DNA of 64,000 nt from the human T2T-CHM13v2.0 reference genome, Homo sapiens. The stretch is from NCBI RefSeq assembly GCF_009914755.1, contig NC_060931.1; one strand, written 5' to 3'. The notes below the pieces were generated by a model. It ran no database searches. It saw only the letters and a list, made by a program, of their open reading frames with translations, and was not told where the DNA came from. This document shows, piece by piece, positions 1 through 12,598 of this stretch. A program made the translations under genes and the position numbers. Each line of letters begins with the position of its first letter. Position 1 is the first letter of the stretch.

Positions 1-156
1 CTACTCTATGTGGTAAGAGTAGGGATAGGTACCTTTTGAGCTGAGATGTGGAATATGAGGAGGGAGCCAGGAATGGAGGCTGCTAAAAAGGACCTCCCTT
101 CTCTTCTGCTTTCTCTTTCCCTTCTTGTTTCCTGTCATCATCTCTCTATTTCTAGA

Positions 157-318
157 TCAGTGCTTCTCAGACTTTAATGTATGTATGAATCACCTGGAGA
201 GCTTGTTAAAATGCAGATCAGATTCAGCAGGTCTGGGCTGGGACCCGAGATGCTGCATTTCTAATAAGTTCCCTGGTGATGCTGCTGCTGCTGCTCCTTG
301 GACCACCCTTTACACAGC
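157..318. mobile_element. MER5A-type hAT-Charlie DNA transposon
   Basis: CAGTGCTTCTCAGACTT...GAATCACCTGGAGAGCTTGTTAAAATGCAGA...TGCATTTCTAATAAGTTCCCTGGTGATGCTG matches the MER5 pattern; boundaries approximate. Confidence 0.75.
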
Positions 319-959
319 AAGAACCTGGAGGTGGGGTAGGTGCTGAGGCGAGATAATAGAACCAGAATCAGGGCAGTGGCGGGGCGATGAGGGCCACTAG
401 GTGGATTTGAGAGCTGTTTAGGAGGTAATGTCAAGGCCTGGGGAAGCTGGTGGTGCAGACCAACGGTGACAGAGGAAGAGGCTAGGGTGGCAGTCATGTG
501 TCTGGCATGGATAAGGGTTGCACAGGAGTGTCCTTGCTGGGCTGGGGAGAGGGGAGGAGAAGCAAGGCTGGGGGACCAGGAGATGGGCAGTGTGCCTTTG
601 GACCTGCTCAGTTTGAGGGTCCTCGGGCTAGGCCAGTAGAGGCAGCTGGATACTGTAGTGGTGGGGAGAGGACAGCAAGTAGGTCTGAAATACAGAGCTG
701 CTCTATAGATGAACTTCTAGAAGGAGTGAGTGATTCTTGGATGCTCCCAATGACATATCAATAGAGGCAGCACAGATGGCTCCGTCATGGTTCAGAAGAC
801 CTTTTCGAATCATTCAGGAGCCTAGGCCCTGAAGGATCTAGGACATCAGGGATCATCGGTCTACACTCAGACACCTTATCATACAGTCCTGCTTTACTAA
901 CAGTGTGAAGCCTGGGCTGGGGGTAGGTGGAAAGGAAGTACTTTGTGCTCTGTTCCCTT

Positions 960-1295
960 GGTACCCAGAATGGGTCTTGGATCAGCAACATCAGCATCCC
1001 TAGGGACATTTCAGAAATGCAAATTATTTGCCCCCCTCAGATCTGCAGATTCAGAATCTGCATTTTGACAGACTCCCAAGTAATTCGTGAGCTCAGTACA
1101 GTTTGAGAAGCACCAGCCCAGGCCAGCAGTTCTCAATCTTCCATACATTTGAATCACCAGGGGAGCTTTACAAGGTGCTGATGCCTGGGTGGCATCTCCA
1201 AGAATTTCTGATCTAATTGGTCTGGGGTAAGGCCAAGGATTCAGGACTTTTACAGCTGCCTAGGTAAGTCTAATGCATATCCAGGGTGAAAACCC
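960..1295. mobile_element. Two adjacent MER5-family fragments
   Basis: CAGCAACATCAGCATCCC...AGAAATGCAAATT...TTTGAGAAGCAC, then CAGCAGTTCTCAATCTT...GAATCACCAGGGGAGCTT. Confidence 0.6.
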
Positions 1296-1871
1296 CTGCC
1301 CTGGCACCACCCAACCTTTGACTGACTACAGCTGGCGATATTGAAGGTGAATGACATTGTAGAAGTAACTTTGCATCTTTGGGCCTCAAGTTGGAAACCT
1401 GCAACCCCTCTAACTACCCCCATCCCCATTCCCATGTGCCTGGTGGGAGCCTGGAGGAGGGCAGGCAATGTGGGAGGGTTCTGGGCAGTCCTAGAAAACT
1501 CAGCCGTAAAGAGCCAGCTGGTTCTTCACACAAGCAGCTGCAAGCCCCCCCACCAGGCCCCTACTGCCTGCCAGGCCAAGACAGGGAACTGCCAAGGTGA
1601 AGAATCTGAGAGGGCATCCTTAGTCCTTGCCCTGGGAAGTTCTAGCTGGCAGGGAAGACCTTCAAAGACCAAAGGGAAGAAAGCCCACCACGCCAGGGTA
1701 AGAGAAGGAGTGGGGATATTTTCTGGGTAGAGTGCCCAGGTAGGTCTTCCTCCCTCTCTCACCTGGAGAGAAAAGCTGGAGAAATTAGGTGCCAACTCTA
1801 GGATGTGCCCAGGAACCTCATTATTTCAGGGAAAATTCAGATTTTAAGATGCATTCCTTTCTATTATTCCT

Positions 1872-2030
1872 TGCTACTCAAAGCGTGGTCCCTGGACCAG
1901 CAATGTCAGCGTCACTTGGGAGCTTGTTGGGAATACAGAATCTCAGCCCTACTGGCTCAGATGTACCGGATCAGAATTCAAAGTTTAGCAAGATCTCCAG
2001 GTGATGCACAGGCACATTAGTTTGGAAAAC
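1872..2030. mobile_element. MER5A-family fragment
   Basis: GCTACTCAAAGCGTGGTCCCTGGACCAGCAATGTCAGCGTCACTTGGGAGCTTGTT...AGTTTGGAAAAC. Confidence 0.65.
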
Positions 2031-4085
2031 CTTGCCTCCTGGTCCCCAGCTGAAATACAGTGTCCAGGACCACGAGCCAGGTGGGTCCAAGCTTCTTAGC
2101 GGCCCTGCCTGTCGAAAGGGTTCCAGGTTCCTCCCGGTGGGCCGGCTCATGGTTCCTCTGCCTGGTTAGGCCTGGCAGAACCTCCATGAATCAAAAGGTG
2201 GCAGGAAATGGACCTTTCTCTCCCAAGGAGGATCCACACAGAATCTCCTTTCCAGCCTCCGCCTGCTGCTTCCTGCCCTGCACTGCCCTCTGGTGGCCAT
2301 GGAAGCCATTGCCACCTGGCATTGCCCCCGTCTCCAGCAGATCCAGGACCCAGGGATGAAAGTCTGTTGCTTATGGTGGATGGACGAAGACTCGTCATTG
2401 TCCTCTGATATAAGGCTCAGGGACCCCAAAAACATGATGGAGGCAGTTTGAAAAGCACTGAGCTTCAGCAGCAGGATGGCAAATGTGCCTGGGGTGCTGG
2501 CTCAACCCTTCTCCCCATCACAGCTCTTTCCTGTACCACTTGCTGGAGTCTGTTCAGAGGTGGGGCATGGGCTAGAGAGGAGGGGAGGAGTTCTGTGTTG
2601 CAAGGACTTGCAGGTAGGAGGTTGCTGGACTGGTTCCGGGAGCCCTCTTGGTGTGTACCGGCCCTGAGGCAGCAGCCAGGGTGTGCAGGGCCTCATGCAC
2701 TGTTGCTGGGCTGGGCCCTTATCCCCGCGGGGCATGGTGTAAAGCAGGATACAGCCTGGCCTGCACCGGCTTTGGAAGGTTTCTCTGGGGAGAACGGACT
2801 GGGGTTGGGGACACTGGGAGTTGAAAGACCTGTGAGGGGTCATGCCACATTTTGGAAAGTAGTTGGGGGCTTCATGTAGGCCTGGCCTGGTTGGAGAAAT
2901 GCTGATGCCCTTCCTACATCCCAGGGAAAATGAGGAAACCCAGTGCTAAGAGCTGGCTGGAACTGAGCTGGCTGTTTGAGTAAGAAGAGATGTACGACCT
3001 TGTGAAGGTCCTTCTAGGGACGTGGCCCCAGGCCTTCCCAGAGGTCAGAGGCCCCAGGTTCTCGACCATATGGATGGACAGCCTGAGTCCCGGCTCTGCC
3101 CTGCTGGTCAGCCTCAGCCGACCATTTCCTGAGGCTCCATCACCACCAGATCCGTCGTAACCTGGACAGAGCCCAGGCTCCAATGCTGCCCCTGCCACTG
3201 ACCACTTAGCACTCTGGGTGGGGCCAGTCCCCTCCCCTCCCAGACCTCGGCTTCCCCACCTGCAGGAACAGGAGCTTGGCCTAGAGGTCTTCTAGCTCTC
3301 ACAGGTGCCTTTCCACTTTAAGAACCTGAGATCCTGTTCCTCTGGTGGAAAAACCAGCCTCCCCAGGACCTGTCCCACACCCCAGCCAACAGGACATTTC
3401 ATGTCTGTTGCAGATGCTCTTGCTGCCTCTTCCCATTCCCTCAGCATGCTGGCTGAACTTCCCACAGCCAGCACCTGTGAGTCTTCACTCGAGGCTTCTC
3501 TCTTGGGCTGCACTGTCCAAATACAGGTGAGTTGGACATGCTGGGGAATTAACGCCCCTCAGGAGCAGCCCTCTGTCATGATGACAGGAGTCGGTGGGCA
3601 AGTGTTGCAGCTCCCGGGGTGGGATAACTCCGAGCCATGTGCTCTACGCTGGCCCCAGAGCCCCCAGCACAACGGCGTTCCAATTGCCCACAGCGGTAAG
3701 GGTTTGATGACACCCTGTTTGGCTGCCTGCTCTGCTTTCCTTCCCACGTCCTAATTGATGTTTCCTGGGATCTCCCTCCAAATCAACTATCAGCACTGAA
3801 ATCCTTGTCTTAGAGTCTGCTTCTATGGGAATCCAAACAAAGATAGTATCCAGCTAAGTCACTTTTTGTTCATGATCTTTGGTATGGGGTAGTGTAAGGG
3901 ACAGACCCCTAGGCGGGGTGCTGGGGGAACCCTTGCTTTTCACTTGTGACCTTGGGACCAGGTAACAGGAATGAAGAGGTAGGGCTGAGACCTGACCTGC
4001 TTTTAGGGGGAGCTGTGGGGCAAGACTGTAGATGCTCTGGTCATGACTTCCCCTCTCGGTCAGGCCCTCTTCTGCCAGGCTGGCC

Positions 4086-4476
4086 TCAGACACTGGGGCC
4101 CTTGCAGGCAGCCACAAAGCAGATGCCGTCGTTGATGGAGCATGTCTCAGAGCAGCTGATGGGGCACACCTCTGCACCTGGCAGCCAGCCTCCTGCATGG
4201 CCTTCTCCACCGTCTCCTTCTCTGGGTGGAGCCCAAAGAACTTCTTGGAGCCTACCATATAGTGGGAGTGCAGGGCAGCCATGGTGACCAGGTTCCCATC
4301 TGCCTTCAGCAGGCTGGCCAGCCTCTGCAGGGCTGCCCAGTACATGTCCACATCAGGACAGGCACTCTTCAGGGGACACCTGGATTGACCCCAGTGGATG
4401 CAGCTTGGTCATATCGCACTTCAGCAACCACGTGACCGTCCAGCAAAGCTGGTTCTCCTTCTCATGCCACCTGCTT
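4086..4476 (-). pseudogene. Exon 3 of an unprocessed INMT/TEMT-like methyltransferase pseudogene
   Basis: Minus strand: acceptor CCTCCTCCATAG|A (phase 2, as in INMT exon 3). It reads SRWHEKENQLCWTVTWLLKCDMTKLHPLGSIQVSP, then a deletion/frameshift, then ACPDVDMYWAALQRLASLLKADGNLVTMAALHSHYMVGSKKFFGLHPEKETVEKAMQEAGCQVQRC, then a frameshift, then PISCSETCSINDGICFVAACKGPSV-stop (TGA 4088-4086). Colinear with INMT exon 3 in this window. Confidence 0.93.
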
Positions 4477-4719
4477 CTATGGAGGAGGGTCACAGAGATG
4501 ACATAATGATTGTGATAGCAGCCCCTCAGCCCTCACCACCACCCTCTGGGCAAAGCCTGTGACTTATCCTGTTCAGCAACTCTTTGAGCGAGATTATTAT
4601 TTTCCTCATTATACAGATGAAGAAACTGAGGCATAGACTTGCTCACGTCTACACAGCTGTAGGTGACAGTGGATTCGATAACTCCCCTTCCCCTCCTCCT
4701 GCGCCTCTTTCTTTTAAAC

Positions 4720-5080
4720 AATTGAATAGTTTTTGGTATATTACATTATTAATTTCATTAAGTAGTAAACTATATTACAAAATTGGCCATTTTGATCAAA
4801 GTGTACGGTTCCGTGACATTAATTGCGCTCACACAGTTGTGCGCCCGTCACCAACTGTCTTTCCAACATTTTTGCATCATTCCATATGTAAACCCTGTAC
4901 TCATTAAACAGTAACTCCCCATTCCCCATTCTCCCTCCTGGCAGCCCCTGGTAACCTCCAATCTACTTTCTGTTTCTGGATTTGCCTATTCTAGACGTTT
5001 CATGTATGGGGAGCCTACAGTATTTGTCCTTCCCTGTTTGGTTCATTTCACTTAGCGTAACATCTTTAGGTTCAGCCATG
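4720..5080 (-). mobile_element. Old L1M 3' fragment
   Basis: CAGCCCCTGGTAACCTCCAATCTACTTTCTGTTTCTGGATTTGCCTATTCTAGACGTTTCATGTA...TTCACTTAGCGTAA is typical antisense L1MB/ME 3' sequence. Confidence 0.7.
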
Positions 5081-5089
5081 CCGGAACTC

Positions 5090-6010
5090 CCTGCTTCTTG
5101 AAACACACTCTTTACTTGGCTTCTTGAGGCACTTCACCCTCGTGGTTCTCCCTTTTTCTGTCTCCCTGAACACCCTCCTCCACTCCCTAGCCTTAGAACA
5201 CAGCATCTCCTCCCCATCCACACTTAGCCACTTGATGGCCTCAGCCGTCCACGGATGACTCCCAGGTCAGGCTCCAGCCCTGGAGTCTCTGGGAGGCCCA
5301 GACATGCACAACCAGGGGCTCCTCCGTGGGTATCTCCACTTCAGTGTCAGGCAGGTGACTCCAACACATTGCCCAGGCTGAGAAGTCAACATCTGCTGCC
5401 ATACCTGCTCCTTCCTTGTCATTTCCCTCCTAATACTGGCAACTCCATCCTTCTTGTGGCTGTGGCCAAAAACCTTGGAGTTGCCCTTGACTCTTCTCTC
5501 TCTCTTACATCCAAACCATCAGCAAATCCTGTTGGCTCCGCCTGCAGAGTGATTCCAAACTCCAGCCACCTCCAGCCCCTGCAGGCCTCCTGCTGTTGGC
5601 TCTTCCCTGGAGGATGCCAGCACCTGCTGCTGCTCTGCCCAATGCTGCCCTCGCCTCCCAAGGCCTAGCATGATGAACAGTTCTTTAAGAAATGTAGAGG
5701 CTATCATGCCATTCTCTTCTCCAGTGCCTGGGAGATCCACGGCACCATCCTCCCTCCTTACCGTGGCCCTCAAGGCCCCACAGGATGTGGTCTCCGCCTC
5801 CCTGACACCTAACTCTCCTCCTCACTCCACCCCTCGCACAGCACCCTTTTCACTGTCCTCGACACACGGGCGGCTCCCCGCCACCACTGGGCCTTTGCCC
5901 TTGCTGCTCGTGCTGCCTGACACTCCCTTTCCTCGGGTCTTTATGCCTTTTCTCCCTTCCTTCGCTGGGACACCACTTGGAGTGCTCCTCGGAGAGGCCC
6001 TTTCCCACCA
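5090..6010. mobile_element. L2 fragments
   Basis: GGCAACTCCATCCTTCTTGTGGCTGTGGCCAAAAACCTTGGAGTTGCCCTTGACTCTTCTCTCTCTCTTACATCC...CAGCAAATCCTGTTGGCTC is the L2 3' motif. Confidence 0.65.
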
Positions 6011-6797
6011 TCCCACCACCCACAGTGCCCCACCTCGCTCTGGCAACTCCTACAGTTTGCAGTGCACACCCTGCCCAACTGTGCATGGCGGCCCTAAATC
6101 ATCTGAGCTGTAGTTCTTGCTATTACTACTGACTGGCTGTTTGACCTTACCTGGGCTGGCCTCCTCTCTCCCTGCTCTCTTACCTGAGCCTCAGTCTCCC
6201 CTTGTGTGCACTGAAGGACTTGGTGATAGTCTCTACTGGCTCACCCCATTCTGATACCCGAGGGCAGGGATTTGTAAACTAAGCTATGTGGTTTGCCTTT
6301 GGATATCCATGAACTCTGTCAGTTTTGTGTAGAAAATTTGTGTGTGTTTGTGTGTGTGTGTGTATCAGAACTTTCATCAGATTTTCAGAGGGATTCAAGA
6401 GCCCAGAAAGGCTACAAAGCCTGGCTTTATGGACTGTCTGCAGGGGAGGCTGGCAGAGACAGAGAGACAGCCGGCAGTGTGTTCATTATGTCTGTTCTCT
6501 AATTTTCCCTCAGCATGAGCCTGTGAGCCCCAAGCTTCTCCCATTTTATAGGTGAAGAAACTGAGGCCCACTGGCAGAGACTCATGCCCAGCTTCTTGGC
6601 CTCCACGGCCCGTGCTCAGACCCCATTGAGCTGCCACCTGGCAGAGGCCCTCATGGGTTCATAGAGCTTGACTGGGCTGACTTTGCAGCATCTTTGGTGA
6701 GCAGTGGCCAGAGGATGGGGCCGCTTCCCTCCAACCCGCAGGTCTTGCTGTCAGCTGTAACCCTGTACTGCCCCCAAAGTGGAGACCAGCCATTCAC

Positions 6798-6953
6798 CTG
6801 AAGAGAAGCTTTGAAAGAGGGTTTCCAGGTTAGATTTCAGGATTTCATTTTTGGTCACAGTGCTGAGTTGAAGGCGTAGTAGGTCAGTAAGTAGTCCCGG
6901 GGGTGGAGCTCTTTCTCACAGTCTTTTCCTCCTGTATACAGGTTGCCCTCCAA
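6798..6953 (-). pseudogene. Exon 1 of an unprocessed INMT/TEMT-like methyltransferase pseudogene
   Basis: Minus strand: TTG at the expected ATG position, then EGNLYTGGKDCEKELHPRDYLLTYYAFNS, a 1-bp deletion near 6863, then TVTKNEILKSNLETLFQSFSS-G|GTGAAT. This is a phase-1 donor at the same position as INMT exon 1 (CCT G|GTGAGC). The PRDYLxTYYxF motif is shared with INMT. Confidence 0.93.
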
Positions 6954-7505
6954 CTGGCTGAGGACCCCTCGGTGCCTTCCCACTCTTCAGTCATGGTAGG
7001 TACACCCCTGCCCTTCCAGCCTTTCCCACCAGGAGTTTCACAGCCTCCTGGAACCAGCGCCTGCCTCTCAGGGAGGTGCTCAGATTCCTCACAGATGAAG
7101 CCAGAGACACAGTGTGAGCTTTTCTGGCTGGAGTTTATCTGCTTGATACATTACCAAAATCATAAGAACGCAACAGGATCACCAGGGCCAGGTCTCACGG
7201 GTTCCTGCTTCGACATGGTGTTTTGAGTGTAGGGGCTGCTGGAGGCAGGGAGGGAGAGACTTACACAGAGGGACACAGACACAGAATGAGAGAGACAGAC
7301 AGGCAAAGAGACAAACGGAGACAAAGACAGAGGCAAAGAGAGATCAAGGGTCTGCAATATTTCAAGGATGTTTCACTCTTGGAGTTTGGTGGGAAAACAA
7401 GAATCAGAGTGGAAAGGCCCCTTGGGGGAGGAAACAGGATCTAAAGATGGCTAAGATTTCACTGATGAAGGTCAGTGAGCTTGCTCTTGAAAACAGGCTT
7501 GTCCT

Positions 7506-7661
7506 GGCTGGGCATGGTGGCTCATGCCTGTAATCCCAGCACTTTTGGAGGCTGAGGTGGGAGAACTGCTTGAGCCCAGGAGTTTGAGACCAGGAGACCA
7601 GCCTGGGCAACACAGCAAGACCACACGTCTCTCTAAAAAAGAATAAATAAATAAATAAATA
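7506..7661 (+). mobile_element. Alu left monomer (FLAM-like) with (TAAA)n tail
   Basis: GGCTGGGCATGGTGGCTCATGCCTGTAATCCCAGCAC...CCAGCCTGGGCAACACAGCAAGACC followed by an A-rich tail. Confidence 0.8.
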
Positions 7662-7924
7662 AGCAGCTTGTCCTTAACTTGATTCACTATTCTCTGCTGC
7701 CTTTAATTCTGTTTACTTTATTTACTTGCTTAATTAATCTCTTTTTTTGACTAGTGCAGAAGTAAACTTAGCCAGGGTCCATATGTTTGGACAAACCATT
7801 TATAAAGTGTTGCCATTCATGAACAGAACATGTGATAAAATTGCAAAGAATTTACTACACACCACACACAAACCCACCCACCCACACGCGTGCATGTGCA
7901 CACATGCATGCCCACAGACACACA

Positions 7925-8135
7925 AATGAGTACAAGTAAAACTCAAGAAACCTGAATAAGATCAGTAGATTGTATCAATGTCAATATCCTGGTTGTGATA
8001 GTGTACTATTATTCTGATGTTATACTAGATGTTACCACTGGGGGAACCTGGGTAGGGGGTGCACTGGATCTCTCTGTATTATTTCTTACAGCTGCATACG
8101 AATCTACAATTATCTTGAAATAAAAAGTTTTATTA
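7925..8135 (+). mobile_element. L1MC-type 3' end
   Basis: GATTGTATCAATGTCAATATCCTGGTTGTGATA...GATCTCTCTGTATTATTTCTTACAGCTGCATACGAATCTACAATTATC...AAATAAAAAG. Confidence 0.7.
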
Positions 8136-8148
8136 AAAGAGTGTTGCC

Positions 8149-8494
<346 letters not shown>

Positions 8495-8968
8495 TCAGGC
8501 AGCAGACTGTCATGTCTTTTGCAAATGGGCAAGTCTGGGGCCTCAGCTGGTGATGAGCTGCCCCTCTGCAGATGCTGTAAGAGCAGATGAAGGGAGACAC
8601 CTTGGAAGGTCCCTAGCACTCACAGAGTACCTACTGTGTGCTGGGCATCACCTTGTCATCTTCACAACAATCTGCAAAGTACATGCTGATGCGCCCCCTT
8701 AGAGATGAGGAAGCTGAAGGTGACGTGCCTTACCCAGCAAAGGATGGAATTCAGATTCCAATTCAAGGCTCTATGCCCAAAGCCAAAATAAAGACGAACT
8801 CCAAGCCTCATCCTCACATTGCCCTCCTGTCTTCATATCTTCATAGAACTGCTTAAATGTTAGCATGCCTGGGAGTCACCTGGGGACTGGGTTATAATGC
8901 AGGCTCTAGTTCTGAGGTTCTGCATGTCTAATAAGCTCCAAGACACTACTGAGGCCACCACACTTTGA

Positions 8969-9302
<334 letters not shown>

Positions 9303-9574
9303 TTATTTTTTATTTCTTCAGGTTTTGAGTTCACAAGAAAACATTTCAACAGAGTGTAGATTTTAATCCATTTTTAAATCATAATTCTTATCATTTTATT
9401 GTGTTAAATGTAAATTTTCCTCTTTTCTAAAATTAACAGAGCTCATACTCTGTGGAATTTCAGTTCAGTGAGAAAAGTGTCAATTACATAATAAATGGTG
9501 ATGGCATAACTACCTATCTGATTGGAAGAAAATAAAATTAGATGTCTACCCAGTTTATTAAAAATGAATTTCAA

Positions 9575-9780
9575 GCCTGGGCAACATAGCGAGATCCTGC
9601 TTCTGCAAAAAAAATTAAAAATTAGCTGAATGGGATGGCGTGTGCCTACAGTCCCAGCTACTCAGAAGGCTGAGGTAGGAGGATTGCTTGTACCCAGGAG
9701 TTCAAGGCTGCAGTGAGCTATGATCCCACCACTGCACCCCAGCTTGGGAAACCAAGTAAGATCCTGTCTCAAAAAAAAAA
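9575..9780 (+). mobile_element. 5'-truncated AluJ-like element
   Basis: AGCCTGGGCAACATAGCGAG...CAGGAGTTCAAGGCTGCAGTGAGCTATGAT...polyA. Confidence 0.8.
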
Positions 9781-10959
9781 TTCATATTGAAATCCAATTA
9801 ACGTGAATTCTAGGTGGGTTAAAATGATTGGTGACATTGAGGGTCTTATATTTGTCCCAGCATTTCTCATGTCAGAATTGGCCTCTGCCGCTGCACTCTT
9901 GCATCTGAAAAGTCTTTGCAGGGCTGTGATCTCCTCACTGTGTGTACCTATCTGGATCGCTTTGTTCTCCTAGCCCTGGGCCAAACTCACTTCTCCATGT
10001 CACCAGGAAGGCTCAGGAATGTCAGTTTTGGGGGCTGTTCAAGTAAGGTTGACTTAATTGCTCTCCAGTGCTTGGCAGGTAAGAGACTTGCAGGTTTTCC
10101 TTGCTGTAAATAATGTTGTAATTAATACCCCTGTACATTTGCTTTTTCTGTATTTGGATTATTTTTCTGTATTTCTGCATTCTGTATTTTTCTGTATTTT
10201 GGATTCCCATACGTAGGATTCCTGGGTCAGAGTTCTAAAAACTTTTAGTATAAATAATTTAGGCAAATAATCACCAAATTTTTTTCCAAAAGGAAAATAG
10301 TGCTTTTTCTTTTTAATTTTTTAGGAAAAATTTTTAATTTTTCTCTAACAAAATATGAGATAATGTAATATAATGTAAAATAATAAATGTGGTTTTTTTT
10401 TTTCTCTTCAGGCTTTCTTCAATCTAGGTTTAGAAAATCCTCTCTTACCCAGAAGTTTGATAACAATTTGACCATGATAGCTTCTGTGGTTGATTTTTGG
10501 AAAGACATTTTAGCCTTTATTTTGGTGTTTTGTGTGAGACGAGGGTCTGAGTAGCTGCTTGCAACTCACCAGAGAAAACAATCTCATTTACACTGGCAAG
10601 TTCCCTCTTTGGACTCATTTCTTCACCCCACAGAGCCAGGCAGGAAGAGAAGTAGCAAGGTATCAGGGAGCGTGGAATGCTGAGATGGTAGTTTCCCTAA
10701 TCTTGAAAAGGAGCTTGATCCTTTTCTTATCTGTCTGACTTTTCAAGTGGTCTTAGTTTCTTGATAGGCAGTTTGAAATTTGCCCCTTTGCTTACTATTG
10801 CAACAGAAGTCCTCTTGAATGGAAATTTCCTTGCTCTATTTTAAAAAAATATCACTGTATAGAAAGGTGCCTAAGATGAGGTGCACATTCTTAAAAGGGC
10901 CTGAAGCTTAGCCCTGTCATGAACAAAGTGTTGTCACATTGATGAAGGCAAACCTAAGG

Positions 10960-11172
10960 ATAGTGGTTCTCAACCGGGGACAATTTTGCCTCCCAGGGGA
11001 CATTTGACAATGTCTGGGGACATTTTTGGTTGTTGTAACTTCGGAGTGTACTGGCATCTAGGGGGTAGATGCCAGAGATGCTGCTAAAAATCCTATGACA
11101 CAGTTCCGCACCCCCACCCAACAAGGAATTACCTGGCCTGAAGAGCAAATAGTACTGAGGTTGAGAAACTCA
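10960..11172. mobile_element. MER20 DNA transposon
   Basis: AGTGGTTCTCAACCGGGGACAATTTTGCCTCCCAGGGGACATTTGACAATGTCTGG...GAGGTTGAGAAAC. Confidence 0.85.
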
Positions 11173-11737
11173 TTCTTAGAATATATCCGTAAGAGGCTTC
11201 ACTTTGAGAAGATTGCCATAGTGCTGTTAGGACCCTTGGTTAGGCCAGAGTCACGAGGCATGTAGGGATGGAGAAGGCCTGAGTGGTGGAGAAGCAGGTG
11301 GAAGCCAGAGGGTAGAGACTCTGAATGCCAAAGGGGAGTTTGGATTCATTCCTCTGGCAGCAGGAGGCACTGGAGGCCTTGCGTTAGGAGGGGCATCCTC
11401 TATCCATCCAAGGACATCCAGTTGCAGCATGATGTGTAGTTCTGGGAAGGATGGTCTCTTCCCGCCCTGTACAGACCCCCTAGATGCTCACGTCCTGCTG
11501 CAGGGGCTCTGGGTAATCCCTGGATAGTACATGCATGTCCACGGTTCAACTCCTTAAGTGTTAATGCTGGGCGTCTTCCATGTGCCTCTCCATTCTGCTT
11601 TCCATCCTCTCCAGGCTACTGCAAGTGCCAGGAAGCTGACATGTGGACTGTAGTCACCACTCCCTTCCCTCTAAATTTGGCAGGATATTGGAGGAAGGTA
11701 GGAGAAGGAGGTCTGGGTATTTATTCTTTAGCTACTC

Positions 11738-12104
11738 TATTAGTCCGTTTTCATACTGCTAATAAGGACATAACCAAAACTGGGTAATTTATGCAGGAAA
11801 AAGGTTTCATGGACTCACTGTTCCACATGGCTGGGGAGACCTCACAATCATGGCTGAAGGCAAGGAGGAGCAAGTCATGTCTTACATGGATGTCAGCAGG
11901 CAAAAAGAGAGCTTGTGCAGGGAAAGTCCCCCTTATAAAATGATCAGATTTCAAGAGACTTATTCAGTATCATGAGAACAGCATGGGAAAGACCTGCCCC
12001 AATGGTTCAATTACTTCCCACCGGGTCCCTCCCACAACATGTGGGAATTGTGGGAGCTACAATTCAAGATAAGATTTGGGTGAAGACACAGCCAAATCAT
12101 ATCA
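11738..12104. mobile_element. THE1-type MaLR solo LTR
   Basis: TATTAGTCCGTTTTCATACTGCTAATAAGGACATA...ACAATTCAAGATAAGATTTGGGTGAAGACACAGCCAAATCATATCA. Confidence 0.85.
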
Positions 12105-12203
12105 GCTCTTTTGCTATTGGCTGCCGCAGGAGGCCCTCTCTGCACAGCTCTGTCTCAGTCTCACTGGGATGATGGCTCCTCCATGCTGCTAGCCCTCAGG
12201 TTC

Positions 12204-12598
12204 TGTGATGGTGCTTTCTATGAGTCAACTTGGCTAGGTCATGGTGCCCAAATAGGTGGTCAGTCATGATCCTGGCTGTTTGTGTAAGGGTGTTTTTGGA
12301 TGAAATTCACATTTAAACTTTGAGTAAAGAAGATCGCCCTCCATAATGTGGGCGGGACTCATCCAATCAGCTGATGGCCCAAGTAGAACAAAAGACTGGC
12401 CTTCCCCGAGCAAGAGGGAATTCTGGCAGCAGCTGGTCTTTGGACTTGGACTGCAACATTGGCTTTTCCTGGTCCCACCCTTCAGAGTTTGGACTTACTG
12501 GCCTCCACAATTATACAAGCCAATTACTTAAAATAGATCTGATTCTCTCAGTGTACACAAGCTGGGTTCTCTTTCTCTGAAGAACCCTGACTAATAGA
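12204..12598. mobile_element. MLT2-type ERVL LTR
   Basis: TGTGATGGT...TGAGTCAACTTGGCTAGG...CCCTCCATAATGTGGGCGGGACTCATCCAATCAG...GAAGAACCCTGACTAATA. Confidence 0.75.

Noticed and set aside
2338-3160. Exon-like stretches after pyrimidine-AG sites (about 2340-2485 and 2925-3160) with semi-plausible translations
   Set aside because: They contain stops and I could not recognise a protein family or consistent splice phases. A tBLASTx search would be needed.
3854-4351. 165-aa minus-strand ORF as a functional protein
   Set aside because: It is the middle of pseudo-exon 3 running out of frame into the former 3' UTR, and it lacks the SAM-binding motif.
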